This document shows, one piece after another, positions 19,401-28,449 of a stretch of DNA of 45,953 bases. Origin of the DNA: an uncultured bacterium (GTDB lineage: Bacteria; Eisenbacteria; RBG-16-71-46; CAIMUX01; VGJL01); assembly GCA_964575675.1 (NCBI GenBank), contig CAZNRY010000005.1:1-45953 (forward strand). Direction: 5' to 3'. The position numbers and the translations under genes were made by a program. The notes under the pieces were generated by a model. That model searched no databases. It saw only the letters and a program-made list of their open reading frames with translations, and was not told the origin of the DNA. The stretch's first letter is position 1; every line of letters begins with the position of its first letter.

Positions 19401-20667
19401 CGTCTCGGCCGAGACGGACACGATCCACGCGCCGCCCGACACGACCCCACCGCCGGCTGTGACCGACCTCGAGGCCACCCCGCTCGGCTCCACGCAGATC
19501 CTGCTCACCTGGACCGCGGTCGAGGACCTCGGCCCATCCGGCGCTGCCGCATCCTATGAAGTGCGTCTCTCGCCGGCGCCGATCGACTCTGCGAATTGGT
19601 CCCAGGCCGCGGTGGTTCCGGTCCCGTTCGATCCCGGCGCGCCGCGCTCGATCGAGTCCCTCACGGTGAGCGGCCTCCTCCCCGCGACGGCGTACCACTT
19701 CGCCGTACGCGTACGCGATCTCGCGGGCAATCTCTCTGCCTGTTCGCCCGACGCGTCGTCCGTGACGTCGCCCATTCTCGACACGAACCCGCCGGCCGCC
19801 CCGATGGGACTGGAGGCGGCATCGGGCGAAGACCATGTGCACCTGACGTGGTATCCGTCCCCGGAGCCGGACGTCGTTTCGTACACGATTTTCCGCCGCG
19901 CGGCGGAAGGGAGCGGGATCGAACCGCTTAGCGTCCCCGGACTGGCCGCCCCCGCGTTCGAGGACACGACCGCGGCGCCGGAGATCGATTTCTACTACTC
20001 GATCGCCGCCCTTGACGGTTCGGGCAATCTCTCGTCACCGAGCGCCGAAATCCACGTGCGCCTATCGCTCGCGGGGTTTCTACCGCAAGTGAGCGACTTC
20101 AGCGCTCAGGCCACGGTCTCGGCGATCGGCCCGGGCCGACGCTCGCTCGTCCGCTTGAGTTGGCAGGCAACGATCGGCGGCCGCTTCCGGGAGTTCGCGG
20201 TCGACAGATCAACCGACAACGGCGACACCTGGATCCGGCGGGCAGCCGGCTGGTTCGGGGCGAAGACCGGCTACGAGTTCGAGGAGGAAGTCGCGCGCGG
20301 GACGTATCTCTATCGGATCGCCGCCATCTCGCCCTTGAACTACGAGCTTCTCTTCGAACCGCTGACCGTACGCGCGAACGGCAAACCGGTGAAGCACCAG
20401 ATCAGCGGACCATTCCCCAACCCTTCGAGTGGGCCGCTGCAGTTCACCATCACCCTCGCGGATGACGTGCGGGTCCGCATCCTCGCCTACGATCTCCAAG
20501 GGAGACTCTGCGGCATCCTTCACGACGCGACGGAGTCCGTCGGCGAGCATCCGTGGAGCTATGACCCACAGATGCTCCGGGAAGGCCCCCTCGCCTCGGG
20601 CGTCTACTTCCTGCGGATCACCGTGGATGAGGAGCAGCTGGTCCGGAAGTTCGTCCTGGAGAAGTGA
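16444..20667 (+). CDS. Large secreted fibronectin type III repeat protein with C-terminal T9SS-CTD/FlgD-like domain
   Basis: Nine ~114-aa Fn3-like repeats (DxTPPxAVTxL...LTWTAVGDDG...YDIRY...YYFALK...SN) plus one further Fn3; C-terminal PFPNPSSG...GVYFLRI. The ORF track starts at GTG 16516, but an in-frame signal peptide begins at about 16444; start uncertain. Confidence 0.85.
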   Translation, partial: TANRFALIVALAASGILSGSSSAAVNHLVYGLTPPGGFDVRRDGQAIEQGLQSSAIGSLAFAVDGGGSFEILSTDPSNPPPAPATDLSAGSATLTGITLTWTALGADGSVGQASVYDIRYATAAITTLNWNAAVQVQGESAPKPAGQAESFTVGNLTAGTVYYFALKIGDEIPYWSGLSNVASATTLPPPDATPPAAVTNLAGGSPSQTSILLTWTAVGDDGASGRAALYDIRYAAAPITGASWGSAAQVQGEPPPKTAGQLESLAISGLTAGTTYYFALKTADEIPNWSAMSNVPSATTLPPPDTTAPAAVTNLAAGSPTTDGIRLTWTAVGDDGLTGRAAAYDIRYAASAITDATWGSAAQVANEPAPAMTGQAQVYTVAGLAPGVVYHFAMKVGDEVPNWGAISNSASAATLPPDAIPPGSVTTLETESSTPSAITLAWIAVGDDGSSGQASVYDLRHSTSPITAENWGSATQVAGEPSPKPPGQAESFSLGDLLPDERYFFALKVRDEAMNWSELSNIATVKTLPAPDTAPPQPIVDHRAGGLGHRSIEVIWTAPSDDSLSERVTSYEGRYTTGPLTASSWSTATPISGLPDPALPGETDRILLGGLAPATAYTIGIRARDEIGHLADLGTVLGVGTTSAPDTIPPDRVVDLSVVGRTISSITISWHAPSDNVPDDCVDTPEVSRYEIRFATTSLADGGWDAGTPIAGPPPESPGMPQELTISGLAPATRYFIALRSCDPRDQCSETSNQVEHATADPEPLPDTDPPGPPANLVAAAQDTQSIRLAWIAPGGDGGQGKADHYDIRRFAQPLTLETWDEAILVTVDKPCGDAGSAESHLVDHLSPATVYHFALRAIDAAGNLGQISASVSDTTSAPPDPIDRTPPGAVADLRAADADTGSVLLEWTTPGDDRGPCASYELRFSKTPIDSAVWEGATVAGDTPSPGSPGSSVSHRVSGLSSATTYYFALRAFDDAGNPSPISNVVSAETDTIHAPPDTTPPPAVTDLEATPLGSTQILLTWTAVEDLGPSGAAASYEVRLSPAPIDSANWSQAAVVPVPFDPGAPRSIESLTVSGLLPATAYHFAVRVRDLAGNLSACSPDASSVTSPILDTNPPAAPMGLEAASGEDHVHLTWYPSPEPDVVSYTIFRRAAEGSGIEPLSVPGLAAPAFEDTTAAPEIDFYYSIAALDGSGNLSSPSAEIHVRLSLAGFLPQVSDFSAQATVSAIGPGRRSLVRLSWQATIGGRFREFAVDRSTDNGDTWIRRAAGWFGAKTGYEFEEEVARGTYLYRIAAISPLNYELLFEPLTVRANGKPVKHQISGPFPNPSSGPLQFTITLADDVRVRILAYDLQGRLCGILHDATESVGEHPWSYDPQMLREGPLASGVYFLRITVDEEQLVRKFVLEK

Positions 20668-20748
20668 GCGGACGGAGTGCGAGCAGTCGCGGGTGGTGGT
20701 TTCTGCGAGGGGTGGTCGCGGGTCAGTATCGACATCTCGCGGGTGGAG

Positions 20749-22077
20749 TCATCGGAACAGCGCTTTGATCTGTCCCCACGTCGCAGCTCGGACTGCCGTC
20801 TCATTGCATCCAATCCGGCCCGCCCCAATCCAGCCGCACCCTTCCGGTGAATTTCCTGCCGCACAGACGCTGGCGGCGGACACATCGAAGGACCATTGAT
20901 CGAGATGACAGAACAGTGGGTCTTGGGCAACATTGCGATCGAACACGAAGTTCCCGCCAGTGTCAGTGATTGAATCCGGCCACGCGTCGTTGCACCGGAT
21001 GTTCCCCCCGTTCCATGCCGACGCGACTCGCGTGGGGCTGTGGAAGAGCAGGTTGTTCGACAGATCCACCGTGTCCGAGTAGGCGCCCAGGACGGCCGTC
21101 GTACAGTTCACAAGCGTGTTTCCGGTCACATTCGCAATGCCCTCGCCGAACTGGATGTGTAGTGAACCATCTGGTGAATCACCCTCGGCAAGGATGCGGT
21201 TTCCAATAACTTCAACCGTCGTGTAGTCATCGCCCTGACTGTACATTGAATACAAGACTAGCCGCGCCGCTAGGGATCCACTTCGGGCAACGAATGTATT
21301 GTCAATCAGGTGAACGTCACCGATGAGGCCGTAAACACACCAGTCTTCCGCGGAGAGTCCTTCGCTTGTGAAGCTGCATCGTTCGATACGTACGGGAGCC
21401 AGTGCGGATATATACATCGCCGCACCTCGCCCGAAGATTCGGTCGACCGCGAAGTTACAGTCTTCAACTGTGAGTTGACTATGGATCAAGCAGAGCGCGC
21501 CCCCGGATCCTTGCATCGCTTGGTTACCGCTGAAGGAACACCCGGAAACCACCGCCGTGAGGAGATTATCCAGATAGATGCCGCCGCCCCGTGGAGAGGC
21601 CCCGGACGCAGGAACTGAGTTGTCCGTGACAACGCAGTTCGTGATCTCAGCATGGCCGCCTTGAGCCCAGGTATGGTTCCAGAAGCAAACAGCGCCGCCG
21701 CTTGCAAACCCAATCTCGTTCAACCCTCCCGTGCCGTGCTCGAGCGTGAAGCCCGACAGAACAACCGTCCCCGCCCCGAACGGCCCCGAGTAGACGATGC
21801 TTCCGGAGCCGCCCGGCGAGGGTGGGGTTGCTCCATCGAGTACGGTCACTGACGGACCATCCGTACTCCTCAGCGTTATCGCCTTCCCTTGGAGGTTGAC
21901 ATGCTCGCTGTATACGCCGGGACCAACAAGGATCGTATCTCCGTCGGCGGCCTGGGCCACTACACCGCCGATGACGTCGGGCACTGGAGGATCTGGGGCA
22001 AGAACCTGCCACGTCGCACCTTCGGACACGAGCGGAAAGACCAGGAGGCATGAAGCCAACATCAGACCTGATCGCAT
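20749..22077 (-). CDS. Secreted right-handed parallel beta-helix protein with C-terminal TWGxIK motif
   Basis: Signal peptide; DGDTILVGPGVYSE, GGAV/GGGIY/GGAL repeats, DPLFC, ends AATWGQIKALFR; visibly more AT-rich codons than neighbours. Confidence 0.8.
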   Translation of the reverse strand: MRSGLMLASCLLVFPLVSEGATWQVLAPDPPVPDVIGGVVAQAADGDTILVGPGVYSEHVNLQGKAITLRSTDGPSVTVLDGATPPSPGGSGSIVYSGPFGAGTVVLSGFTLEHGTGGLNEIGFASGGAVCFWNHTWAQGGHAEITNCVVTDNSVPASGASPRGGGIYLDNLLTAVVSGCSFSGNQAMQGSGGALCLIHSQLTVEDCNFAVDRIFGRGAAMYISALAPVRIERCSFTSEGLSAEDWCVYGLIGDVHLIDNTFVARSGSLAARLVLYSMYSQGDDYTTVEVIGNRILAEGDSPDGSLHIQFGEGIANVTGNTLVNCTTAVLGAYSDTVDLSNNLLFHSPTRVASAWNGGNIRCNDAWPDSITDTGGNFVFDRNVAQDPLFCHLDQWSFDVSAASVCAAGNSPEGCGWIGAGRIGCNETAVRAATWGQIKALFR

Positions 22078-22094
22078 CCATCAACCCCTTTCCG

Positions 22095-23315
22095 TCACGA
22101 ATCTGTCGCCGCCCGCCCGGCGAGCGACTCATACAGTCCGGCGTAGGAATCGACCAGCCGCGAAACCGAGAAGTCACGGGCGATCTTCTCGCGGGCCGCC
22201 CTGCCCAAACGATCACGAAGACCCGGATCGCGGGCGAGGCGGGCGATCTGCTCTGCCGCCGCTCCGACGTCACCCCGCCGCACGAGCAAACCTTCCCGTC
22301 CGTCCTCGATCAACTCCGGTGTCCCACCGACGTCCGTCGCGACGACCGGAAGCCCGAGGGCCATTCCCTCCATCAGGGTGTTGCTCATGCCCTCCATGTC
22401 GGAGAGATTGAGCGTCGCGTCAGCGGCGGCGAGGAGGGGACGGATCGCGGGTAGGAGCCCGAGACAGCGGATGCCACCCTCGAGCCCACCTTCATCGATC
22501 GCAGCGAAGAGCGCCGCGGAGTTTCGGCGGCACTCCGCATCTCCCGTCGTGTCCCCCGCAACGAGGAGCCTGGCCCCGGGCGCCGATGCCGCGAGCAGGC
22601 GGACGAGTTCGGGCAGATGGCGATGCCCCTTTCCGTCGCGGAAGTGCGCCGGGTAGACGATGACGAAGTCTCCCTCGCCGATCCCGAGGCGGCTGCGGGC
22701 CTCCGCCCGTTCGCCGCGATCGACGGGCGGCCAAGGCGGAAGCGCATTCGGGATCACTAGGAGGCGCGCGCCGACATCCCCCTCCAACCTGCTGACGCTT
22801 TCGGCCACGGCAGTCGAGTTCGCGACGATCGCATGGGCGAACTTGCCGGTGCGCTGGAGCAGTCGCAGATGCCTCGGCCGCAGGTACTCATCCAGGCAGC
22901 GACGGCTCGTGGCGACACGCAGGCGAGGGTGCCGGAACCGCAGGAAGGGCGCCATGATGTCGAGCGTGGGCAGGAAGGCCTGCACGACCTCGATCCGATG
23001 CTTGCGAACGATCTCGCCTGCCTTCGCCACGACGGAGAGGGGCCAGATGCGCCGCGAAGGGCGCGGAAGGAGATCGACCTCGACCCCGGCGGCCGCGAGA
23101 TCCGTGAAGTCCTCGGCCCGTCCGTCGAAACAGGCCAGCCGCATCACGATGCGCTCGCGGGGCATGTTCGCTAGGAGCAGGAACGCCTGGTTCTCGGCAC
23201 CGCCGCGCTCCCGGTTCAAGTGGTCGATGAGAAAGAGGACGCGAGGCGGCGACGCTGTCGCCCCGGACCGGTTGCCTGCACCTGACCCTCGCATGTCCCG
23301 ATCATGCCCCGACAT
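22095..23315 (-). CDS. Glycosyltransferase family 4
   Basis: RVLFLIDHL..GGAENQ, VANSTAV, EGMSNTLMEGMALGLPVVATDVGG; exact start uncertain. Confidence 0.9.
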   Translation of the reverse strand: MSGHDRDMRGSGAGNRSGATASPPRVLFLIDHLNRERGGAENQAFLLLANMPRERIVMRLACFDGRAEDFTDLAAAGVEVDLLPRPSRRIWPLSVVAKAGEIVRKHRIEVVQAFLPTLDIMAPFLRFRHPRLRVATSRRCLDEYLRPRHLRLLQRTGKFAHAIVANSTAVAESVSRLEGDVGARLLVIPNALPPWPPVDRGERAEARSRLGIGEGDFVIVYPAHFRDGKGHRHLPELVRLLAASAPGARLLVAGDTTGDAECRRNSAALFAAIDEGGLEGGIRCLGLLPAIRPLLAAADATLNLSDMEGMSNTLMEGMALGLPVVATDVGGTPELIEDGREGLLVRRGDVGAAAEQIARLARDPGLRDRLGRAAREKIARDFSVSRLVDSYAGLYESLAGRAATDS

Positions 23316-23510
23316 CGGCTACATGGCGAGATGCGAATTGCGGCAGCGCCCCGCGCGCCGCTACCGACATCCTGGCAACAAGTTGGAGCCTGTTTCCAGT
23401 TCAGGCGTGATCATCGGGAGTCGATGGATTAGTGTCCCTGTTGCGAAAGCAACGCGGGTCGCGAGCGCCCCCGTCCATGGACGGCGGGGCGCGCCATTGG
23501 CAAGCCAGGG

Positions 23511-25088
23511 ATGGAGCTGAATTTGACCGAACCGGTCCTCGTGCACGAGGTCTTAAGCGGGAGCGCGAATCGCGCCCCCGACCGGGCCATGCTGCGCGGG
23601 CCGGGCTCCATCGTCACATACGGCGAGGCGGAAGCCGCCGCCAATCGACTCGCGCGCCTCCTCCTCCGCCTGCGGATCGGTCGAGGCCAGCGCGTCGCCA
23701 TCTTCGCGGAGAACTCGCTCGACTACGTCGCCGCATATTACGCCGCCCTGAAAGCCGGAGCCGCCGCCGTTCCCGTCAACACATCGATCGACGCCCGCGG
23801 GTTGAACTACATCCTAGAGGACTGCGGCGTGCGGGTTCTGATCGCGCAATCCCGGTTCGCCCAGGTCGTGCGCGGCGCGCTCGAGGGGACGCCCGATCTC
23901 GAGTTCTTGCTCGTCGACGACCCCGCCGCCTTCGATCCGACCCCGGCCCACATCCACGTGCTGGGCCTTGCCGAGGCCGCGGCATCGGAGGAGGGCGGCT
24001 CCCCTCCTCCTTGCTCCGCAGTCGACGTCGATCTGGCATCGATCATCTACACTTCCGGCTCCACAGGCCGCCCCCGCGGGGCGATGTTGACCCACCTGAA
24101 CATTGTCTCGAACACGCGTTCGATCGTCCGCTACCTCGACCTCACGCAGGACGACCGGATCATGACGGTCCTGCCGTTCTACTATGTCTATGGGAAGTCT
24201 CTCCTCAACACGCACGCCTGGGTCGGCGGGTCGTTGATTATCGGAACCGATCTCCTCTTCCCGAATGACGTCGTCGAGCGGATGCGAACGGATGAGGCGA
24301 CCGGCATAGCGGGAGTTCCCTCGACCTTCGCAATCCTGCTGAACCGCTCGCATCTCGCCGCTTCTCCCCCGCCCTCGCTTCGTTACGCGACGCAGGCTGG
24401 GGGCGCTATGGCGCCCGAGTTGACGCGTCGTTTGATCCAAGCGCTTCCACGCACGCGGATCTTCATCATGTACGGCGCGACCGAGGCCGGCGCCCGCCTG
24501 ACCTACCTGCCGCCGGAAGATCTCCCGCGCAAGATTGGCTCGATCGGCAAGGGTATTTTCAACGTCGAGGTCCGCGTCCTGCGCGATGACGGGGCGGAGA
24601 CCGGCGTCGAGGAGACGGGCGAGATCGTCGCGCGCGGATCGAACATCATGAGCGGTTACTGGGGAGATCGGGACGAAACGGACAGGGTCCTTGGGCCCGG
24701 AGGGTTCCACACCGGAGATCTCGGCTACCGCGACGGGGAGGGATTCCTCTACGTCGTCGGCCGCAAGCGCGAGATGATCAAGTGCGGCGCACATCGGATA
24801 AGCCCCAAGGAGATCGAGGAGACCTTGATGGAGCATCCCGAGGTCCACGAGGTCGCCGTGATCGGGGTGCCGGATGAGTTCCTGGGGGAGGCGATCCATG
24901 CCTTCGTCGTCCTGCGCGAGGGGCGAGCGGTCGCGCCATCGGACATCATGGCCTTCGCGGCCGCGCGGTTACCCGAATACAAGGTCCCGGCAACAATTCG
25001 GATTCGGTCCGACCTTCCGAAGAACCCGTCGGGTAAGATACAGAAGCAGGCCCTGCGTGAAGAATGGGAGCGGCTCCGCAAGATCTAG
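23511..25088 (+). CDS. Class I adenylate-forming enzyme (acyl-CoA/acyl-ACP ligase)
   Basis: YTSGSTGRPRG, MYGATE, TGDLG, GRKREMIK, LPKNPSGKIQK. Confidence 0.92.
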   Translation: MELNLTEPVLVHEVLSGSANRAPDRAMLRGPGSIVTYGEAEAAANRLARLLLRLRIGRGQRVAIFAENSLDYVAAYYAALKAGAAAVPVNTSIDARGLNYILEDCGVRVLIAQSRFAQVVRGALEGTPDLEFLLVDDPAAFDPTPAHIHVLGLAEAAASEEGGSPPPCSAVDVDLASIIYTSGSTGRPRGAMLTHLNIVSNTRSIVRYLDLTQDDRIMTVLPFYYVYGKSLLNTHAWVGGSLIIGTDLLFPNDVVERMRTDEATGIAGVPSTFAILLNRSHLAASPPPSLRYATQAGGAMAPELTRRLIQALPRTRIFIMYGATEAGARLTYLPPEDLPRKIGSIGKGIFNVEVRVLRDDGAETGVEETGEIVARGSNIMSGYWGDRDETDRVLGPGGFHTGDLGYRDGEGFLYVVGRKREMIKCGAHRISPKEIEETLMEHPEVHEVAVIGVPDEFLGEAIHAFVVLREGRAVAPSDIMAFAAARLPEYKVPATIRIRSDLPKNPSGKIQKQALREEWERLRKI

Positions 25089-25118
25089 CCGCCAGCCGAG
25101 TGAATGGGAGGATCTCCT

Positions 25119-26537
25119 TTGCGTGAACTCGCGATCTTGAGTGGCAAGCCGCCCGAGATGCACTTTCCAGTCAGTCAGCCGACGCTCCCCCCCTTCGAGG
25201 AATACGCCGGTCCGCTGAAGGAGGTCTTTGCGAGCCGAATGATCACCAACGGTCGCTGGGTCCGGGAACTCGAAGCGCGCGCCGCCGCATACATCGGCTG
25301 CAGCGAGGTCGTCGCCCTCGCCAACGCGACGTCAGGACTCGTCCTCGTCCCGAAGGTCCTCGGATTGGCGGGTGAGGCATGCCTACCCACCTTCACATTC
25401 CCGGCCACACTCCACGCCCTTCTCTGGAACGGACTGAAGCCCCGGCTCGTCGACTCCGATCCCGAGACCTTCAACATCGATCCCTCCGCCCTGGAGGCGG
25501 CGCTGGCGGGCGGAGCCAAGACGGTACTTCCCGTCTACATCTTCGGCAACAGCCCCGACTGGGATCGCCTGACCCCACTCATCGAGAAGCGGGATCTCGT
25601 CTTCATCAGCGACGCGGCTCACGCGCTCGGAACCCGTTGGGGAGACGGAATGGCCGGCACGTTCGGCAAGGCGGAAATCTTCAGTCTCGCCCCGACCAAG
25701 GTGACCGTGGCGGGCGAGGGAGGACTCGTCGCGACCAACGACCCGGCCCTCGCAAGCGAGCTTCGCGTCGCCCGCAACTACGGCAACCCGGGCGACTACG
25801 ATTGCGTGATCGCGGGGTTGAATGCCCGCTTGAGCGAACTCCATGCCCTTCTCGCCCATCTCTGCCTCGGCCGGACCGAGGAGGCCATCGGCCGGCGGCA
25901 CGCGCTTGTATCGCGGTATCGCTCCGCGCTCGAAGATCTCCCAGGTTGCTCATTCCAGAAGATCGATCCGCGTTGCCGCAGCACGTACAACTACTTCGCG
26001 GTCCTGATCGACGGTGAACGGTTCGGCTTGACGAATGCCGAACTCCACGACGCCCTCGAGGCGGATGGGATTCAATCGAAGATCTACTTTGCGCCGCCAC
26101 TCCATCGGCAGACCAGATTCACGCACCTCTTCGAGGGGCAGGGGCCGTTTCCAGGGGCGGAGCACATCCTCTCGCAGGTCCTCTGCCTTCCCCTCTACCA
26201 GCACATGGAAGACGCCATCGTTGATCAGATCGCCGGTGTCGTTCGCGCATGCCACGAACACGCCGAGGAGGTTCGGGCGGCGACCCGCCAGAAGCGGATC
26301 GGCAAGGGCGTCGAGGAGGTCGTATCCACGGTCCTGGGCAAGCCCGTTGACCGTGCGAGTGTAGGCGCGCGGGAACTCCGCGACCTTGGACTTGGATCGC
26401 TCCGGATGATCCAGCTCCTCGCCGATCTCGAGGAGAGTTTCTCGATCAAGATCCGCGACGAACAGGTCACCGGGGAGAACTTCGGCACATTGGAGCGGCT
26501 CGTTCGCTTCGTCGAGACGCAGGCGGGGAAAGAGTAG
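25119..26537 (+). CDS. DegT/DnrJ/EryC1/StrS PLP sugar aminotransferase fused to a C-terminal acyl carrier protein-like domain
   Basis: DAAHALG, FSLAPTK(PLP Lys)..GEGG, GLNARLSE, LCLPLY; last ~80 aa LGLGSLRMIQLLADLEESFSIKIRDEQVTGENFGTL is ACP-like; TTG 25119 with GGGAGG RBS (ATG 25104 alternative). Confidence 0.85.
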   Translation: MRELAILSGKPPEMHFPVSQPTLPPFEEYAGPLKEVFASRMITNGRWVRELEARAAAYIGCSEVVALANATSGLVLVPKVLGLAGEACLPTFTFPATLHALLWNGLKPRLVDSDPETFNIDPSALEAALAGGAKTVLPVYIFGNSPDWDRLTPLIEKRDLVFISDAAHALGTRWGDGMAGTFGKAEIFSLAPTKVTVAGEGGLVATNDPALASELRVARNYGNPGDYDCVIAGLNARLSELHALLAHLCLGRTEEAIGRRHALVSRYRSALEDLPGCSFQKIDPRCRSTYNYFAVLIDGERFGLTNAELHDALEADGIQSKIYFAPPLHRQTRFTHLFEGQGPFPGAEHILSQVLCLPLYQHMEDAIVDQIAGVVRACHEHAEEVRAATRQKRIGKGVEEVVSTVLGKPVDRASVGARELRDLGLGSLRMIQLLADLEESFSIKIRDEQVTGENFGTLERLVRFVETQAGKE

Positions 26538-26539
26538 CC

Positions 26540-27205
26540 GTGAGCAGGCTCGAGCCCATCCTCATCGTCGGCGCAGGGGGACACGGCCGTGGAATACTGG
26601 AGATCCTCCGCGCCGTCACGGCGGCCGCGGGCGCGGCCTGCCCGGTCGCGGGCTTTCTGGATGACGATCCGAACGTCCTCGCCGCGACGCCCGGCGGCCT
26701 GCCCGTTCTCGGAAATCTGGATGAGGCTCCCCGTCTTGTTGGTAGCGGACACCGTTTCCTGATCGGCGTGGGCGAACCGCGAATCCGGAGCGCCGTGGCC
26801 GACCGCCTCGCGAAGAACGGCGCCGTCTTTGCGACGGCAGTGCATCCGAGTGTCATCCTGTACGGCGACGTGAGCGTGGCCCCCGGTTGCGTGATCGGAC
26901 CCGGCGTCATCGTGGCGGCCGGGACGCGGCTTTGTGACCATGTCCTCCTGAATCTGAATGCAACGGTGGGGCACGATTGCCTGCTCGAGCGGTTCGCCAC
27001 CGTCGGTCCGGGGGCGAACATCGGCGGGAACGTCACGTTGGGGGAGGGCGCATTCGTCGGGCTGAACGGCACGGTCGTGCCTGGTCGAAGCCTCGGATCG
27101 GCGAGCCAACTCGGCGCAGGGTCGGTCCTCCTGGAGGATCTGGAGGCCGGCTGCATCGCTTTCGGCGTTCCGGCCCGGGTCGTCGGGCGGACAGAGCAAC
27201 GGTGA
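26540..27205 (+). CDS. NeuD/PglD-family hexapeptide-repeat acyltransferase
   Basis: IVGAGGHG, GFLDDD, VHPS, LNATVGHDC, hexapeptide repeats, GVPARV. Confidence 0.9.
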   Translation: MSRLEPILIVGAGGHGRGILEILRAVTAAAGAACPVAGFLDDDPNVLAATPGGLPVLGNLDEAPRLVGSGHRFLIGVGEPRIRSAVADRLAKNGAVFATAVHPSVILYGDVSVAPGCVIGPGVIVAAGTRLCDHVLLNLNATVGHDCLLERFATVGPGANIGGNVTLGEGAFVGLNGTVVPGRSLGSASQLGAGSVLLEDLEAGCIAFGVPARVVGRTEQR

Positions 27206-28449
27206 CCGCCAACACATCATTCCGGATTCCATGGGGCGCCTGGCACGAGGAGCAGGAGCTCGAGCTTTCCCTCCCCGCCGGATGGAGCGTATTCGTCGCC
27301 GCGATCGCCGGCGCGCCGGCTGGGCCCGGCCTCGGAATGGCCCTCGACGCTCCGATCGACTCTCCGTGCATCGAGGAACTGTGCCGGGGGCGCGCCTCCG
27401 CCGCGATCGCGGTCGAGGACATCACGCGCCCCGCGCCGGCGGGGCCCGCCATCGAAGCGATGCTCGACCGCCTGTCCGCGGGCGGAGTCCCCGCGGATCG
27501 GGTGGCGGTGATCGTGGCGATCGGCGGGCACGCCCCGATGCGGCTCAGGGAGCTCAAGGCCAAGCTCGGTGATCGCGTTCTCGCCACCTGCGACGTCTCG
27601 AACCACCATCCTTATGAGAACCTCGTCGACCTGGGAACCTCGAGAAACGGGATTCCCGTTCGCATCAACCGCACCTTTCGGGAGCGCGAGGTTCGGTTGG
27701 CCGTCGGCTCCGTCGTGCCGCATCCCTATGCCGGTTTCGGCGGCGGCGGAAAAATCGTTCTGCCCGGTTTAGCCGGCATCGAGACGCTGGAGATGAACCA
27801 CCGCCCGGCCGTCACGGGTCTTTCGGGCGCCGGGCTGGCGAAGATCGAAGGGAATCAGGCGCGGGCCGAGATGGAAGAGATCGCCCTCGGCGCCGGTCTG
27901 CAGGCCGTCCTGAACATCGTCCCCGATGCCCGCCGCCAACCGCTCGGGTATTTCTTCGGCCATCCGATCGCCGCGCACCGCGCCGCAGTCGCCCTCGCAC
28001 GGCAGGCCTACCGCACCGTGGCGCCGGCCGGGGCCGATGCGGTCCTCTTGAACGCCTATCCGAAGGACGGGGAACTCCTTCAGGTGGGCAACGCCTTCAA
28101 CGCCTACCGCGCGGGCGATGTCCCCCTCGTGCGAGAGGGCGGGACGGTGATCGTCACCGCCGCTTGTCCCGAAGGGCGAGGTCACCACAGTCTTCACGGG
28201 CCGGGGATGAAGCTCTATCGGGATCCGGTCGAACGGGCATATCTCGCGGGACGCGAGTTGATCATTTTTGCGCCGACTCTCTCGACCTTCGACGTTCGGA
28301 AGTCCTTCTGGAGTGGCTACCCGCACGCGCGCGAATGGGAAGATGTGTTGCGGATTCTCGAGCGCAGGCACCCCGGCGGCGGTGCGATGACGGTATTCCC
28401 GACGGCCCCGCTCTCCCTCCCCGCGACCGGGGACCTAGCGGCGCCCTGA
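27202..28449 (+). CDS. LarA-family (nickel-pincer nucleotide-dependent) 2-hydroxy acid racemase/epimerase-like protein (DUF2088)
   Basis: EDITRP, AIGGHAPM, SNHHPY, VVPHPYAGFGGGGKIVLPGLAG, MNH, VREGGTVIVTAACPEGRG; GTG start overlaps the upstream stop (GTGA). Confidence 0.8.
   Translation: MTANTSFRIPWGAWHEEQELELSLPAGWSVFVAAIAGAPAGPGLGMALDAPIDSPCIEELCRGRASAAIAVEDITRPAPAGPAIEAMLDRLSAGGVPADRVAVIVAIGGHAPMRLRELKAKLGDRVLATCDVSNHHPYENLVDLGTSRNGIPVRINRTFREREVRLAVGSVVPHPYAGFGGGGKIVLPGLAGIETLEMNHRPAVTGLSGAGLAKIEGNQARAEMEEIALGAGLQAVLNIVPDARRQPLGYFFGHPIAAHRAAVALARQAYRTVAPAGADAVLLNAYPKDGELLQVGNAFNAYRAGDVPLVREGGTVIVTAACPEGRGHHSLHGPGMKLYRDPVERAYLAGRELIIFAPTLSTFDVRKSFWSGYPHAREWEDVLRILERRHPGGGAMTVFPTAPLSLPATGDLAAP

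Noticed and set aside
23440-23453. GTTGC-GAAA-GCAAC tetraloop hairpin as part of a c-di-GMP riboswitch
   Set aside because: Only a 5-bp stem; the flanking conserved riboswitch elements are absent.
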